Part shown: positions 46,111 through 56,927 of the stretch, in pieces
Layout: each line of letters opens with the position of its first letter
How positions within the stretch are numbered: the stretch's first letter is position 1
Source of the DNA: a virus
Reading direction: 5' to 3' (one strand)
DNA length: 64,000 bases
IMG/VR virus record: IMGVR_UViG_3300031857_000047
Span: 1-64,000 of that record
Program-made: the position numbers and the translations under genes
Notes under the pieces: model-generated
Told to the model about the DNA's origin: nothing
Seen by the model: only the letters and a program-made list of their open reading frames with translations
Databases searched by the model: none

Positions 46111-49100
46111 GCCTGCGCTTCACCCCATCGTAGAATAATGCTGGTGCTAACCGCTGTGCCAGATACTTTATACACATTAATCGCCAATACGTCAGGACCA
46201 TTAGGGAATGTACCGCGACCGCCAATTGCAGTTGTTGTAAGTTCTTTTAACTCTGCCAAACTTAGCTCGCCTGTATTTCCTGGATTTGAAATAAAGGAAA
46301 ATACCTGTTCTCCCGGTAGAGCAAAAGCCACGTCACCAAACTGGAAAGTTATATTTGCTGCTGCTGCAACTGTGGTATTGGCATTCTGAGTAAATGTCAC
46401 TCGACGAACAGTGGTAAATCCTAGTGTTCTAGTTGTGACCGCTGACACTGAAGTCCCTGCAGGAAATTGCGTAGTTGTAGTATCTACCCTAGTTCCAATT
46501 GAAGCTCCTGAACTGTTCCATGAAGCATTGGTAAAGAATAGATAGTTAGTACTTGGATACGATGACGCAGTTTGAGGAATTTGAGTTGTTACAGAAATTC
46601 CAGTATTATTAGGACTGTTTGCACTGGCGTTTGCATTCATAGTAATAATAGTATATGGTACGGTACTAATAGTAAGAGCAGTCCTTTGGGCGTTAGTCAC
46701 TGTTCTATTTCCTACAAGATAGGTACCATTGATTAAAATATCTCCAATTTGCAATCCACTTGCATCGTATTGAGCATTGGTGATAATAAATGTATTTCTA
46801 TCAATTCTAAACGAGTTGGAATAGGTTCCACCTGGTCCAGGGTTTAATGCTGGTGTGCTAACTGAGCTTTGAACAAGTCCAGCAACCTGAGCTGTTGCAG
46901 TTGTTAGAGGAACACCACCCCAGTTAATTGAACCGCCTAGTGCAATTTGTGCAAAGCTAGGCTGTCCGCCTGCTCCAGAACTTGATAAACCAGTCCAAAT
47001 AATATTACTTGGGTTAGCAGGATAGTTTCTAGGATTCAATACCCCTTCAATAACCAAGTTGCCGGTTCCCGTGTCAGCAGCAATAGCAATACTCTTTAAT
47101 AGCAACTGGGCTCTGTTTAGTAGATCTCTTTCGCCCAAATCGCCAACAAGTGCATTAGACACGCTAGGTGCCAAACGAATCATGAACGCTGTTTGTTTAG
47201 TGGTAGTAACACTAACCGCTGCTGCTGCATAACTGAAAATGTATCCTCGATCTTCATCGAACAATCCGTCAGTTAATAATGCTGAACCCCAGTGACTAAT
47301 TGTAGGTGTCAGTGTACAACTAATTAAATTAACGCCAACTCCGGCAGAGTGAGATGCTGCAACGCTACCAGTAAACGAACGATTCAATCCTGCAACAAAA
47401 TTACTTAAAGTTGTTGCTCTTGTACAACCAGTCAGCGTATCTCCAGATCTGTTCGAGTATGAAATAATTTCATTGTCGATATATACAGTGCCCGCATTTG
47501 GGAATCTAGATGCATCTATTAATGTAATTGATGTAGCAGAAGAATTAATTGTTGTTTTTAATTTACTTCTTGCAGAAGCATTTTCAACTTCATAACGAAC
47601 TGGTAAGTTAGCAGTTCTCATATATGCTTCTGTATTGACGTTTGAGTTACGAATTCTATGCAAGAAAATAAACTTACCGTCAGATCCCCTAATCATAAAT
47701 TCAATAAATCCCGCAGCATACCAAGAATATTGAATACCGATCATCTGCATTCTAGATACATCAAATACATATCCCGAAGGACCAGTACCGTCAGCTTTGT
47801 CCATATTCCATTCGTGTTGAGGAATTAACAACTCAGTAACTAGACACAACTTAGCTCCGCTGATAGCATTCACACCTCGCCAGTCAGGAGTCACTGTCAT
47901 TTGAGTATTACTAGTTATTCCGGTAACTGTGTGAGTCATACCTCTCAATACAATTTTATCTCCAGCTTTTAATTGTTCAGCAAATCTTGTGCCGCTTCCG
48001 CTGATAAGATTGCTTTCAATGTTTGCTGATACTGTACCAGTTAACTGTTGAGTACTGCTACGTCTAACAAGAGCCATTTCTTGTCCATCGTATTGATAGA
48101 AAATTCCATTCTGTTCGTCAAACGCCCCTACTCTAACTGTAGATCCATGCCATGTTTTTGCCAGCATCCTGGTGTCAGATCCTAATTCAGCTGTTGTTGT
48201 AGATAATGGCACAATTGATCTTACAGTAAATGTTCTAGAACTGAGTACAGATTCAACAATATAGGTTCCGTTGTATTCAAACGATACCATTCCAACAATT
48301 TCAATAGTTGCTCCAGGTTGTGCTCCGTGATCAGTATCGTCAGTAGTAACGGTTATAATACTGTTTGCTGCCAAGCCAGTTGCCGTTGCCGATGCAATAT
48401 TATAACTAGGTGCAAATAGTGCTCCAGTAGTATACATCATGCCTTTACCAGATTGGTATCGAATGTATTTTTTACTCTGTCGAATTGCCTGCGAACCATA
48501 TTGCGGACCACCTGTACCTAATTGTACACCACCGTCAAACGGTCTATGTGTAAAGAATGTATCAGGTCTAGCATAAAGTGCTCCTGTAATTGCAGCAGTG
48601 GAATTTATAGCACCCGTACTTCTTGCAGGATATCTAAGTCTAGTATCAGACGGAACTTCTGTAATAACAAAAGGACCAGCAGCTAACTGATGATTGGCCG
48701 AGGTTAATGTAATTGCCTGTGCTGCTGACGAACCGGTAGCTACCGCAACAAATTTACTAGAAGCCCCTGAATATGTACTAAATCCAATACCTTCATAGGC
48801 GATAGCGGCAGCACTAGATCTTTCAGTAAATCCGCCAGTTTCACCAGTAAACGATGTTAAAACAAGCCCGCCACTGTCTGCCACAATAACAAAATTATCG
48901 TCACCAAAAATTAAATCATTCCAAGTACCCGATACCGGTAATGTAATTGAAGTCCAAGATGTTCCGTTAGTTGATAATGCTGCTACCGCAGTATTTTTTG
49001 CCACCGTTAAAAATCTAGAGTTTCCAAATGTAACAGCGTTCCACGTTGTGCTACTAGGCAGTGTTGATGCAGTCCAGTTTGCTCCGTTATCTACAGAATA

Positions 49101-52100
49101 TGCTGCGGCTGTTCCCCCTGTGGCTACGGCTACAAAAAATGCTGAGGTGCCTACAGTTCCGCCAGATACGTCTTGCCAATTGGATGAACTTGGCAATGTT
49201 GCTGCGGTCCAATTAATACCGTCTGTAGAGTATGCTGCGGCAGTTGAACCACTTCTTACTGCAACGAAAGCCGAGTTGAAATAGGCAACACTGGTCCAAG
49301 AACCTGAACTAGGTAATACACCCCCCACTGTCCAAGTTGCGCCATTGTCTGTGGAATAATTAGCAACAGTACCACCGCTGGCAATAGCCACCCAGAATGT
49401 TGTAATACCTCCAATTGGTCCTACAGCAATACTAGTCCAAGTTGTAGAGGCGGTTAAATTTCCGCCTACTGTCCAAGTTGTTCCGTTGGTTGAAACTGCT
49501 GTACCGTTACTGCCAGATTTAATAGCAACAAATCTTCCATTATAACCTGCTACGTCAGTCCATGTGCCGGAATTAGGCAAATTAGTTGCAACAGCAGTTA
49601 CTTCCGGAGCAGGTGTTGATGTAATATTAGATAGTATAGTTGCACCTGGAACTAACCCGTGCTTGGATGTAAAATCTACTTGAACAGTGCCAATAGCACC
49701 AACATCTAAGCTGGTGCCTGTTGGCAACTCACCGGTTAACGATTCGCTTAGTGTCAGCGAAGGATATATCAAAAAGCTATCGCCGGTAAACGGTGTTCCG
49801 TTAGCTGAAGCAGAAATGATTGAACCTGCAGATGAATTTGCTACAGTTAATAATAGATCGTTTAACGGAGATGCTCCCCCAATATCTGTTCCTAATATTA
49901 AAATTTGATTTCCATTTCTATAATTTGCGCCGCCGTCTGTCACTATGCTTGAATATGCTCCAGAAATTCGTTCTATTGTAAACTCGGCTCCTGCGCCAGA
50001 ATTTGTAAGATTATTAGAAGGCGGAGTTGTATAAACAGCATCACCGGATACACCAACAGGAGTTCCAACTAATTCCCAATCAACAATTGCACCACCAGTA
50101 ACTCCGTTGACTTGAATAACGATATCGTTTTCTGGACTAGTTCCGCCAAAGCTAGTACCGGCCCAAGTAACAGTGTCTGCTGGAACAAAATCCGCCCCAC
50201 CATTCGCCAGTGACACAGTATATTCTCCTGTGCCGCCTGTTCTTATAACTGTAATAGTTGCGCCTGCACCCAATGTGCTTGTTGTAGATGATTGACTAAC
50301 TGCTGTATATGTTTCACCTCCAGATACAGCTAGTCCGCTATAGGTAAATCCAACAATTGCACCACCGCTATCAATAGAAGAAACAGTAATAGTTATATCG
50401 TTAGTTCCTATTGATCCACCAACTTGATTACCGTCAATTCTTATTTGATCTCCAATTGCATAATTAATACCGTTTGATGTGCTATCCTGAGCATCAGTTA
50501 CGGTATATTCTCCAGCGGTTCTAGAAACATTAAATGTTGCCAATGATCCAATAGCTGCTACGATTGTGCCAGTAACACCAGTATCAATTCCATCGGCCCC
50601 TAACAATGTAAGACCACAAGCTGCTGAAAGATTTGCCTCACCACTTAAAATAGAATTAATATAGACAGCATCACCTGACCCATTGTCGAACGCCATTCCG
50701 CCTTGTACTCCAGTATAGCTAGTTAATGATATTGAAGTATCAGTTGGGTTAATGTCATTTTTTGCATACACTGTTGCTACCGCATTTCCGTTGATAGCCG
50801 ATACAGATGTTCCTGCTGGAATAAATGTACTACCAGTAATTGGTGATCCAGGTGTAGGAGCAGAGCCGCTGTACGCAATTCTTAATGAAGAGCTTGGTGA
50901 ATCAAATACCGAAACGATTGTGCTTGTTGTTCCGTTACTAGCAACGCTGAATACAGGAGCACCAATACTTGCGCCGGTGTAGAATCCTGCCTGTCTAATT
51001 TGAGCAAAAGAAGTGAATAAACTTTCACCAACTGCTGATCCCACTTTTGCAGAAGCATAGTAAGTAAAAGCTACCGCACTAGGAATGCTGTGAACTAAAA
51101 AAGTACCTTCTGCTCTCGAAAATCCGTTAATGTTATTAGACAATCCCTTAACAGTGATAGGAGTTCCAACACTATAACCGTGACTACCATTTGTCGAAAC
51201 TGTTATTAAAGAAGCTCCAAAAAATCCAGTAGTTGCTGACGCATCTGTAGTTATGGCATTAATGGTTAAGTCAGTTGCAGGAATTTCGTAAAAACTAGGA
51301 TAACTTCTCAATAATCCAAGAGCCTGCCATTTAGTTGGTTGCAGTCCGTATTCAAAGTCAGCGTCAAGCATGGCCTGCGGAGCGGCAACACGCATACGCT
51401 CAATAGCATCTGTACCAAAGTCCCAAGGACGAATTGTTTGATATGGCTCTTCTACAAATATTTGTAAATCCGTTGATGCCGAAAGTGTCGAAGTATCTTC
51501 TGATAGATTAATTGTGGTAATTGTATCAGTAGTTTGCCACCACGACGGAAAATCTAAATCACTTAATAGTTCACCGTCACCACTGCTCCTACCATTTTTA
51601 TATTCAAAATTAACTGTGTTTGAAGGATCAGCAAAATTATATAATATTTGCCCAGTATTAGTATTTGTTATTAATAGGACATCACTAGGCAAATAACTGC
51701 CTAGAATTCTAATAGAACTTACTCCAGGAACCTTTGTAGCCATTGCTGTTGGTCCGTTCTGAATAACGTTACCTAAGATTTGAAATTCACTAGTAATTCT
51801 TGCAGCGGCTCCCTGCTCTCCCGACGATTGGTTTGTGACTTGCTCAACAACAGTCTGTCCGTAAGTTGGAGTTACTGGATTATTTGTAAAGATATAATTG
51901 TTGATAATATCTCTTATATATTGTTGACCTGTAATTTCCGGTGATACATCACCTCGAATCATAGGTTCGCCTTTAATATGAAAATAGTCAGCTACCTGTC
52001 TAATTTTTACATTGCCGCCATATTTTAAATCGTGCAAGATAGCATCGATAAAATATCCTACATCTCTAGTACACTTTGCGGGTGCATATGTATAACCAAC

Positions 52101-52265
52101 ATACGGCGAAATACTATTTGTTATGTTATAATTTATAAAAGCTACAACTTGCGCCTGGATGAAGGCTTTGTTTGCCGACAACAGAGCATAAGCATTAGGA
52201 AAAGCATTAGAATCTTTGCTTAATCCTGGTTCAAATACGTAATTGAGTAATTTCTTTTTTGCCAT
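46107..52265 (-). CDS. Large virion structural/fibre protein, 2052 aa
   Basis: Gly/Ser/Thr-rich and multi-repeat; AAGGA RBS; in the structural cluster. Confidence 0.75.
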   Translation of the reverse strand: MAKKKLLNYVFEPGLSKDSNAFPNAYALLSANKAFIQAQVVAFINYNITNSISPYVGYTYAPAKCTRDVGYFIDAILHDLKYGGNVKIRQVADYFHIKGEPMIRGDVSPEITGQQYIRDIINNYIFTNNPVTPTYGQTVVEQVTNQSSGEQGAAARITSEFQILGNVIQNGPTAMATKVPGVSSIRILGSYLPSDVLLITNTNTGQILYNFADPSNTVNFEYKNGRSSGDGELLSDLDFPSWWQTTDTITTINLSEDTSTLSASTDLQIFVEEPYQTIRPWDFGTDAIERMRVAAPQAMLDADFEYGLQPTKWQALGLLRSYPSFYEIPATDLTINAITTDASATTGFFGASLITVSTNGSHGYSVGTPITVKGLSNNINGFSRAEGTFLVHSIPSAVAFTYYASAKVGSAVGESLFTSFAQIRQAGFYTGASIGAPVFSVASNGTTSTIVSVFDSPSSSLRIAYSGSAPTPGSPITGSTFIPAGTSVSAINGNAVATVYAKNDINPTDTSISLTSYTGVQGGMAFDNGSGDAVYINSILSGEANLSAACGLTLLGADGIDTGVTGTIVAAIGSLATFNVSRTAGEYTVTDAQDSTSNGINYAIGDQIRIDGNQVGGSIGTNDITITVSSIDSGGAIVGFTYSGLAVSGGETYTAVSQSSTTSTLGAGATITVIRTGGTGEYTVSLANGGADFVPADTVTWAGTSFGGTSPENDIVIQVNGVTGGAIVDWELVGTPVGVSGDAVYTTPPSNNLTNSGAGAEFTIERISGAYSSIVTDGGANYRNGNQILILGTDIGGASPLNDLLLTVANSSAGSIISASANGTPFTGDSFLIYPSLTLSESLTGELPTGTSLDVGAIGTVQVDFTSKHGLVPGATILSNITSTPAPEVTAVATNLPNSGTWTDVAGYNGRFVAIKSGSNGTAVSTNGTTWTVGGNLTASTTWTSIAVGPIGGITTFWVAIASGGTVANYSTDNGATWTVGGVLPSSGSWTSVAYFNSAFVAVRSGSTAAAYSTDGINWTAATLPSSSNWQDVSGGTVGTSAFFVAVATGGTAAAYSVDNGANWTASTLPSSTTWNAVTFGNSRFLTVAKNTAVAALSTNGTSWTSITLPVSGTWNDLIFGDDNFVIVADSGGLVLTSFTGETGGFTERSSAAAIAYEGIGFSTYSGASSKFVAVATGSSAAQAITLTSANHQLAAGPFVITEVPSDTRLRYPARSTGAINSTAAITGALYARPDTFFTHRPFDGGVQLGTGGPQYGSQAIRQSKKYIRYQSGKGMMYTTGALFAPSYNIASATATGLAANSIITVTTDDTDHGAQPGATIEIVGMVSFEYNGTYIVESVLSSRTFTVRSIVPLSTTTAELGSDTRMLAKTWHGSTVRVGAFDEQNGIFYQYDGQEMALVRRSSTQQLTGTVSANIESNLISGSGTRFAEQLKAGDKIVLRGMTHTVTGITSNTQMTVTPDWRGVNAISGAKLCLVTELLIPQHEWNMDKADGTGPSGYVFDVSRMQMIGIQYSWYAAGFIEFMIRGSDGKFIFLHRIRNSNVNTEAYMRTANLPVRYEVENASARSKLKTTINSSATSITLIDASRFPNAGTVYIDNEIISYSNRSGDTLTGCTRATTLSNFVAGLNRSFTGSVAASHSAGVGVNLISCTLTPTISHWGSALLTDGLFDEDRGYIFSYAAAAVSVTTTKQTAFMIRLAPSVSNALVGDLGERDLLNRAQLLLKSIAIAADTGTGNLVIEGVLNPRNYPANPSNIIWTGLSSSGAGGQPSFAQIALGGSINWGGVPLTTATAQVAGLVQSSVSTPALNPGPGGTYSNSFRIDRNTFIITNAQYDASGLQIGDILINGTYLVGNRTVTNAQRTALTISTVPYTIITMNANASANSPNNTGISVTTQIPQTASSYPSTNYLFFTNASWNSSGASIGTRVDTTTTQFPAGTSVSAVTTRTLGFTTVRRVTFTQNANTTVAAAANITFQFGDVAFALPGEQVFSFISNPGNTGELSLAELKELTTTAIGGRGTFPNGPDVLAINVYKVSGTAVSTSIILRWGEAQA
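48760..49585 (-). repeat. Beta-propeller (Asp-box/BNR-like) repeats within the fibre protein
   Basis: About 6 copies of ST.G..WT...LP.S..W..V......FVAV. Confidence 0.7.
49790..50545 (-). repeat. Three tandem ~85-aa beta repeats within the fibre protein
   Basis: R..G.Y.V...GG..Y..G..I...G...GG....ND..I.V. Confidence 0.65.
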
Positions 52266-52277
52266 TTAATCTTTTCC

Positions 52278-52793
52278 TTATGCTCCGAATGCTATTGAAA
52301 ACGCTGTTACTCTTGCATCAACATAGTCTTTTCTAGTCAAGTGACTGGCTAATGTTGGTGCATTGTTTGCTGCTGCATCTAAAAATGTAGCGTCTGCTGG
52401 AGTATTTTGTCCAATTGCTATGTTATCCATGCCACCAATTTCCGAACTGTTAATAACAACAGCGCCGTTATCTATACTGATAAAATTAGTAGATGCTATT
52501 CCAATATAAACGTCACCATCTACTTCTAATCTTTCTAATACACCGAGATTTCTTAAGTGACTGTTTGTAATATCTTTTGATAAAGACAGTGTCGAATCGT
52601 CATTTTCTATAATATCAAATGCTGCGCCACTGCCGCCTATTTGAATGTTAGCTGCAAATAAAGTCCCGTTTATTGTAGCGTCGTTGTCTATAACTATATT
52701 GTTATCTAGATTAACATTACCTAGATCGTCTACAGCAAATCCAGGACTTGCAAATCCGTAGTTTGATTTTAGTGGGGAGTATTCAACTGTCAT
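52278..52793 (-). CDS. Putative virion structural protein
   Basis: Beta-helix-like repeats and HLTRKDYVD fibre motif. Confidence 0.6.
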   Translation of the reverse strand: MTVEYSPLKSNYGFASPGFAVDDLGNVNLDNNIVIDNDATINGTLFAANIQIGGSGAAFDIIENDDSTLSLSKDITNSHLRNLGVLERLEVDGDVYIGIASTNFISIDNGAVVINSSEIGGMDNIAIGQNTPADATFLDAAANNAPTLASHLTRKDYVDARVTAFSIAFGA

Positions 52794-52802
52794 TTTATTC
52801 TC

Positions 52803-53192
52803 TTATAGGTCATTTATAGCATGATAGTAGCTAACGCTGAATATCAATCTTTTCGATTCTGGACCAATTGGGGATGCAATTAACGTGACTTTTGAATCAT
52901 TGACCGTTGCAGACAATGTAATCATATCATCCTGTAATGAAGTTCTGCCGTATATTGTAATACTAGCCGAAGACGGCCCAGCAACTACTAAACATTTGAT
53001 AATTTCTTTATCAACAGATCCACCATCTACGCACATGGTGTATTCCGCAGACATAAAATCGCCCACGTAGAATTCGTCAATAACTGTGTTAGGGAAAATT
53101 TCAACCCAGGGGCCTTTATAACTGAGATTAACTCCGTTGTTAAATCTCAGGGTGCCCTTGAGTCCGCGTAAAAAATATCTAGTAAAGTCCAT
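52803..53192 (-). CDS. Hypothetical beta-sandwich structural protein
   Basis: 129 aa; TAAATA upstream (53215-53220). Confidence 0.55.
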   Translation of the reverse strand: MDFTRYFLRGLKGTLRFNNGVNLSYKGPWVEIFPNTVIDEFYVGDFMSAEYTMCVDGGSVDKEIIKCLVVAGPSSASITIYGRTSLQDDMITLSATVNDSKVTLIASPIGPESKRLIFSVSYYHAINDL

Positions 53193-53257
53193 ATCGATCC
53201 AATGGTGTATTGAGTATTTAGCATAAACAATATCAGCATTGAATTAACGGGTTCTAA

Positions 53258-55069
53258 TTAGTTGGCAATTTTTAGCAGTTTTTTGTATTCTGGCAGGTAC
53301 AGGTATTCTATCTTGCTTTTTTGCAGCGTTTCTACGGCATCAAACAAGGTTTCTACTAGCGGATCTCCGCCTAGATTAAAACTAGTGTTGAAAATTATTG
53401 GGCAACCTGTAGTATCATAGAACTCTTTAATGAGGTTATAATAATGTTGATTCTGCTCAGCAGTCACTGTTTGAATACGGCAGGTTCCATCAATGTGTAT
53501 AATACTAGGAATCTTTTCTTCTATACCCGGTTGGCAATTTACTGCATACATCATGTGTGGAGTATCTTTCATTCCACGTAAATCGAACCATTCATGTACG
53601 TGCTCCTGCATAATTGATCCTGCAAACGGGCGGAAATATTCTCTATTCTTAACACTGTTTACATAATCTTTTCCGTCACTAAATCTTGGATCAAATAGAA
53701 TACTTCGATTACCTAGTGCTCTAGGGCCGTTCTCGCTACGCCCTTGAAAAAATGCCACGATATTTTTGTTAATCAAAAGATCTACAATGTCTTGATCAGT
53801 AGCATCTGTAATTTCAGCGCCATGGGATTGTGTAAATGCAGCAATATCTGCATCAGAATAATCATACTTGAATCCTAGATATAGCCCGTCTTTTGAATAA
53901 TCTATATTAGATTGTGGTTCTATACTCTTATAAAACATTAAGGCTGCGCCTATTGCAGTTCCGGCGTCATTACTAATAGGTTCTACGTAAATTTCAATTC
54001 CTTCGGCTCTTAGATGTTGTAGATAGTAGTAATTTGCTACACAGTTTAGTCCGTAACCTCCGCTAATTACCACTTTCTTTTGTCCAGTCATTTCTACAGC
54101 TTTTCGAATTAATCTCAAAACTTGTTCTTGAGTTTGAGTTTGACAAGCATATGCTAGATCTCTGCGATTGTCTAGATATGTAACATCGCTATTATCACCC
54201 CAGGACATCTGTGTAGCATCGCTACCTAGATAAGAAAATAACTCAGCATTTACTACAGCACCGTTTGGATACGTTGGAACAATAAGATTCCTATTGGCCA
54301 CTGGAGATATACTTGTGTCATCAAACAATTTAGGAATATTTGAATTTTCTTTTCCATATGGGAACAATCCCATAGTTTTTCCTGCTTCAATACTTGACCA
54401 TCCACAATATTGTGTTACAGCTTCGTAGACTTTGGTAATACCTGCACGATCTGTAATCAATGCTTCGTGCGTCTGCCCTGGTTCGTCGTACATGGTACCA
54501 TCAAAACTTTTAACTAATGCACCAGGATTTGGCCCTCTAAGTCCAATGTGTTTGTACACCGTTTTAAAACTTGCAGGATATTTACAGTCATAGATACTTT
54601 CAGTTTCCCATCCAATGATTTGTTCACCACTAATATTAAGTGGAATAAATGTGCCGGCGCCGTCTACAATTAGTGCTGTTGCTTGATCAAACCCTGACCT
54701 GTAAAATGCACAAGCAGCGTGTAGTTTATGATGCACGTGACTAAGATCAATTACCTGCGGATGTTTGTAAGGATTTTCTTTTCTACTAATTAATCCTAGT
54801 TTTCTTGCAAGTCCGGTATAAATGTCGTCACCGCTAAAGTCAACTCTACCTGCGGTTTCTTGTAGACTTTGTGTATGTGCTATTACAAGATAATCAATCT
54901 TGTCAGTGTAGTCTAGTATTTTAAGCATTGCAGCGTACGGGCCGCCGTCATACTTATTTCTACTTAATCTCTCTTCCTCAATCGAAAATACGATTTCGCC
55001 ATTTTTTAAGAGACACACACTGCTGTTATGTCCTCGAGCTAATGCTGCAATCCAGATATCTTTTTTCAT
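53258..55069 (-). CDS. Full-length NodU/TobZ-family O-carbamoyltransferase
   Basis: GHNSS, EEERLSR, HHKLHA, VDGAG, GKTMGL, GG.GLNCVAN, GPRALGNRS, RPFAG, NTSFN. Confidence 0.93.
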   Translation of the reverse strand: MKKDIWIAALARGHNSSVCLLKNGEIVFSIEEERLSRNKYDGGPYAAMLKILDYTDKIDYLVIAHTQSLQETAGRVDFSGDDIYTGLARKLGLISRKENPYKHPQVIDLSHVHHKLHAACAFYRSGFDQATALIVDGAGTFIPLNISGEQIIGWETESIYDCKYPASFKTVYKHIGLRGPNPGALVKSFDGTMYDEPGQTHEALITDRAGITKVYEAVTQYCGWSSIEAGKTMGLFPYGKENSNIPKLFDDTSISPVANRNLIVPTYPNGAVVNAELFSYLGSDATQMSWGDNSDVTYLDNRRDLAYACQTQTQEQVLRLIRKAVEMTGQKKVVISGGYGLNCVANYYYLQHLRAEGIEIYVEPISNDAGTAIGAALMFYKSIEPQSNIDYSKDGLYLGFKYDYSDADIAAFTQSHGAEITDATDQDIVDLLINKNIVAFFQGRSENGPRALGNRSILFDPRFSDGKDYVNSVKNREYFRPFAGSIMQEHVHEWFDLRGMKDTPHMMYAVNCQPGIEEKIPSIIHIDGTCRIQTVTAEQNQHYYNLIKEFYDTTGCPIIFNTSFNLGGDPLVETLFDAVETLQKSKIEYLYLPEYKKLLKIAN

Positions 55070-55078
55070 TGTATTCCT

Positions 55079-55996
55079 TTAAAATCCGTTAGGCCAAGTT
55101 GGCCACACCATATGACTCACTGAACTGGGCCAATCTATTCGTTTAGCCAGGGTAAGTTCGAATGTAATTTTGTCAAATTTCATTTTTTTCTGCAAACTAT
55201 GTATACTGTCTGCAAGTTCTTTAACAGCATTAATTGAAGTTTCTGTTAATTCTAATTTGTCTTTTAATTCTTGTTCTATCCATATAATGTTTTGATGTGG
55301 AGAAGGGTGGATGTCAAAAAACTTTTCACCAGGAGCATTAGTATCATCAAATTCAAAAGTTAAATCTAAATGTTGTTTTGCTATAGTTTCTAATGGAGTA
55401 AGCCAGTGATCTGCATGATCATTCCATATTTTTTCTTCATAGAACTTTAAATTAGCAATTTTGTCCCAGGCAAGACCAGTTTTTGATCTATTAGGATTAT
55501 CATAGATATGTTTTTCTCCTGATCCAGGAGCATCTCTAAAATCATCCCCCATATCACGTATATCTCCTATACTAGTCATGTACCATTTGCAACCGGTTGA
55601 ATTTAAAAAACCCTGAGTTAAACTTATATTGTTTAAGGTATGCATGAGATATGCTGGTTCATAGAAAAATGTATCAACCCATTTTTGATCATATAGAGAT
55701 TGATTTAGGTAATTAAAAATGCTACCAGCAGTTTTCCAATTAGAACGTCTTTCAGGTAGACTGTGTTCGTGATACCAATCATTACGTAGGTGACTGCTCC
55801 ACTGCACTATAATTAAGTCATCTTCAGTAAATGTGTGTCTGTGATGCGCCTCTACTATTCTCTCAGCAATCGCTCTGTTTCCTAATCCTGCAAGACCCCA
55901 ATTGTAAAATTCATCATAATCAATAGACAACAAATTAGCCCAGGTAGGCCAAGAATAACTGGTATAACTACAACCAAAGGTGAATAATCTTTTCAT
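55079..55996 (-). CDS. SGNH-like hydrolase/acyltransferase-fold protein
   Basis: FGCSYT, GLGN, QWS, DIHP blocks. Confidence 0.6.
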   Translation of the reverse strand: MKRLFTFGCSYTSYSWPTWANLLSIDYDEFYNWGLAGLGNRAIAERIVEAHHRHTFTEDDLIIVQWSSHLRNDWYHEHSLPERRSNWKTAGSIFNYLNQSLYDQKWVDTFFYEPAYLMHTLNNISLTQGFLNSTGCKWYMTSIGDIRDMGDDFRDAPGSGEKHIYDNPNRSKTGLAWDKIANLKFYEEKIWNDHADHWLTPLETIAKQHLDLTFEFDDTNAPGEKFFDIHPSPHQNIIWIEQELKDKLELTETSINAVKELADSIHSLQKKMKFDKITFELTLAKRIDWPSSVSHMVWPTWPNGF

Positions 55997-55997
55997 A

Positions 55998-56924
55998 TCA
56001 AAATCCCATCAACTGTGTAGGCCATTGCATTTTGTCATATTTCTTTTCAAAAAACTCATTAGAAAATAATTTTTCTGTAAATTGCATTTTGCTAAATTTA
56101 AATTTATTAAAATGATCGTCGACTCTTTCAGCTACACTGTAGGCAAAATCCATAGTCTCTTTTGATAAATTTAATCTATCAGCTAATTGACTTTCAATCC
56201 ACAACGCATGTTGTCTTGGGGTTGGATGAAAATCGTCCGTAAACTGTTTAGTACCGCCTCGGCCATCGTCTATGTACTTGTAGGTATGTTCGTTATGTAG
56301 CTGTGCGTGAGTTTCCATGGGCATAAGCCAATGATCCTGATTGTCTTCCCAAATTGTTTTATTGTATATTGATAGCTCTGGAATTTTTTTCCATGCTAAC
56401 ATATCAACGTTAACATCGCCCGGTGTAGGTATGTGTCCTAATTCTCCGTAATCTGCATGATTTCTAAGATCTGCACCTAGGTTTCGAATATCACCCATAC
56501 TGCTCATGTACCATTCACAACCTATAGATTTTAACAGGCCTTGAGTTAATGAAATATGATTTAGGGTATGCATAAAATATGCAGGTTCATAGAAAAATGT
56601 ATCTACCCACTTATTGTCATAGAGTTTTTCATTGATATAATTGAATATACTGCCGCCTGTCTTCCATTGATAGGGCCTATCCGAACAACTGTATTTGTGC
56701 CACCAATCATTACGTAGGTGACTACTCCACTGCACTATGATTAGATCATCTTTGGTAAATCCGTGTTTAACATTAGCTTCTGCTACTCTTTCGGCAATGG
56801 CACGATTACCAATGCCTGCTAGTCCCCAATTATAAAATTCGTCATAGCTGACCGATAGCAAATTAGCCCAAGTAGGCCATGCATAATTAGTATAACTGCA
56901 ACCAAAAGCAAAAAATCTCTTCAT
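55998..56924 (-). CDS. SGNH-like protein, tandem paralog
   Basis: FGCSYT, GIGN, QWS, DFHP; long identical stretches with its neighbour. Confidence 0.6.
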   Translation of the reverse strand: MKRFFAFGCSYTNYAWPTWANLLSVSYDEFYNWGLAGIGNRAIAERVAEANVKHGFTKDDLIIVQWSSHLRNDWWHKYSCSDRPYQWKTGGSIFNYINEKLYDNKWVDTFFYEPAYFMHTLNHISLTQGLLKSIGCEWYMSSMGDIRNLGADLRNHADYGELGHIPTPGDVNVDMLAWKKIPELSIYNKTIWEDNQDHWLMPMETHAQLHNEHTYKYIDDGRGGTKQFTDDFHPTPRQHALWIESQLADRLNLSKETMDFAYSVAERVDDHFNKFKFSKMQFTEKLFSNEFFEKKYDKMQWPTQLMGF

Positions 56925-56927
56925 TTT

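Noticed and set aside
46138-52223. Plus-strand 60-85 aa ORFs opposite the large fibre gene, and similar antisense ORFs throughout the window
   Set aside because: They are shadows of real genes' codon bias, with no RBS, promoter or recognisable motif
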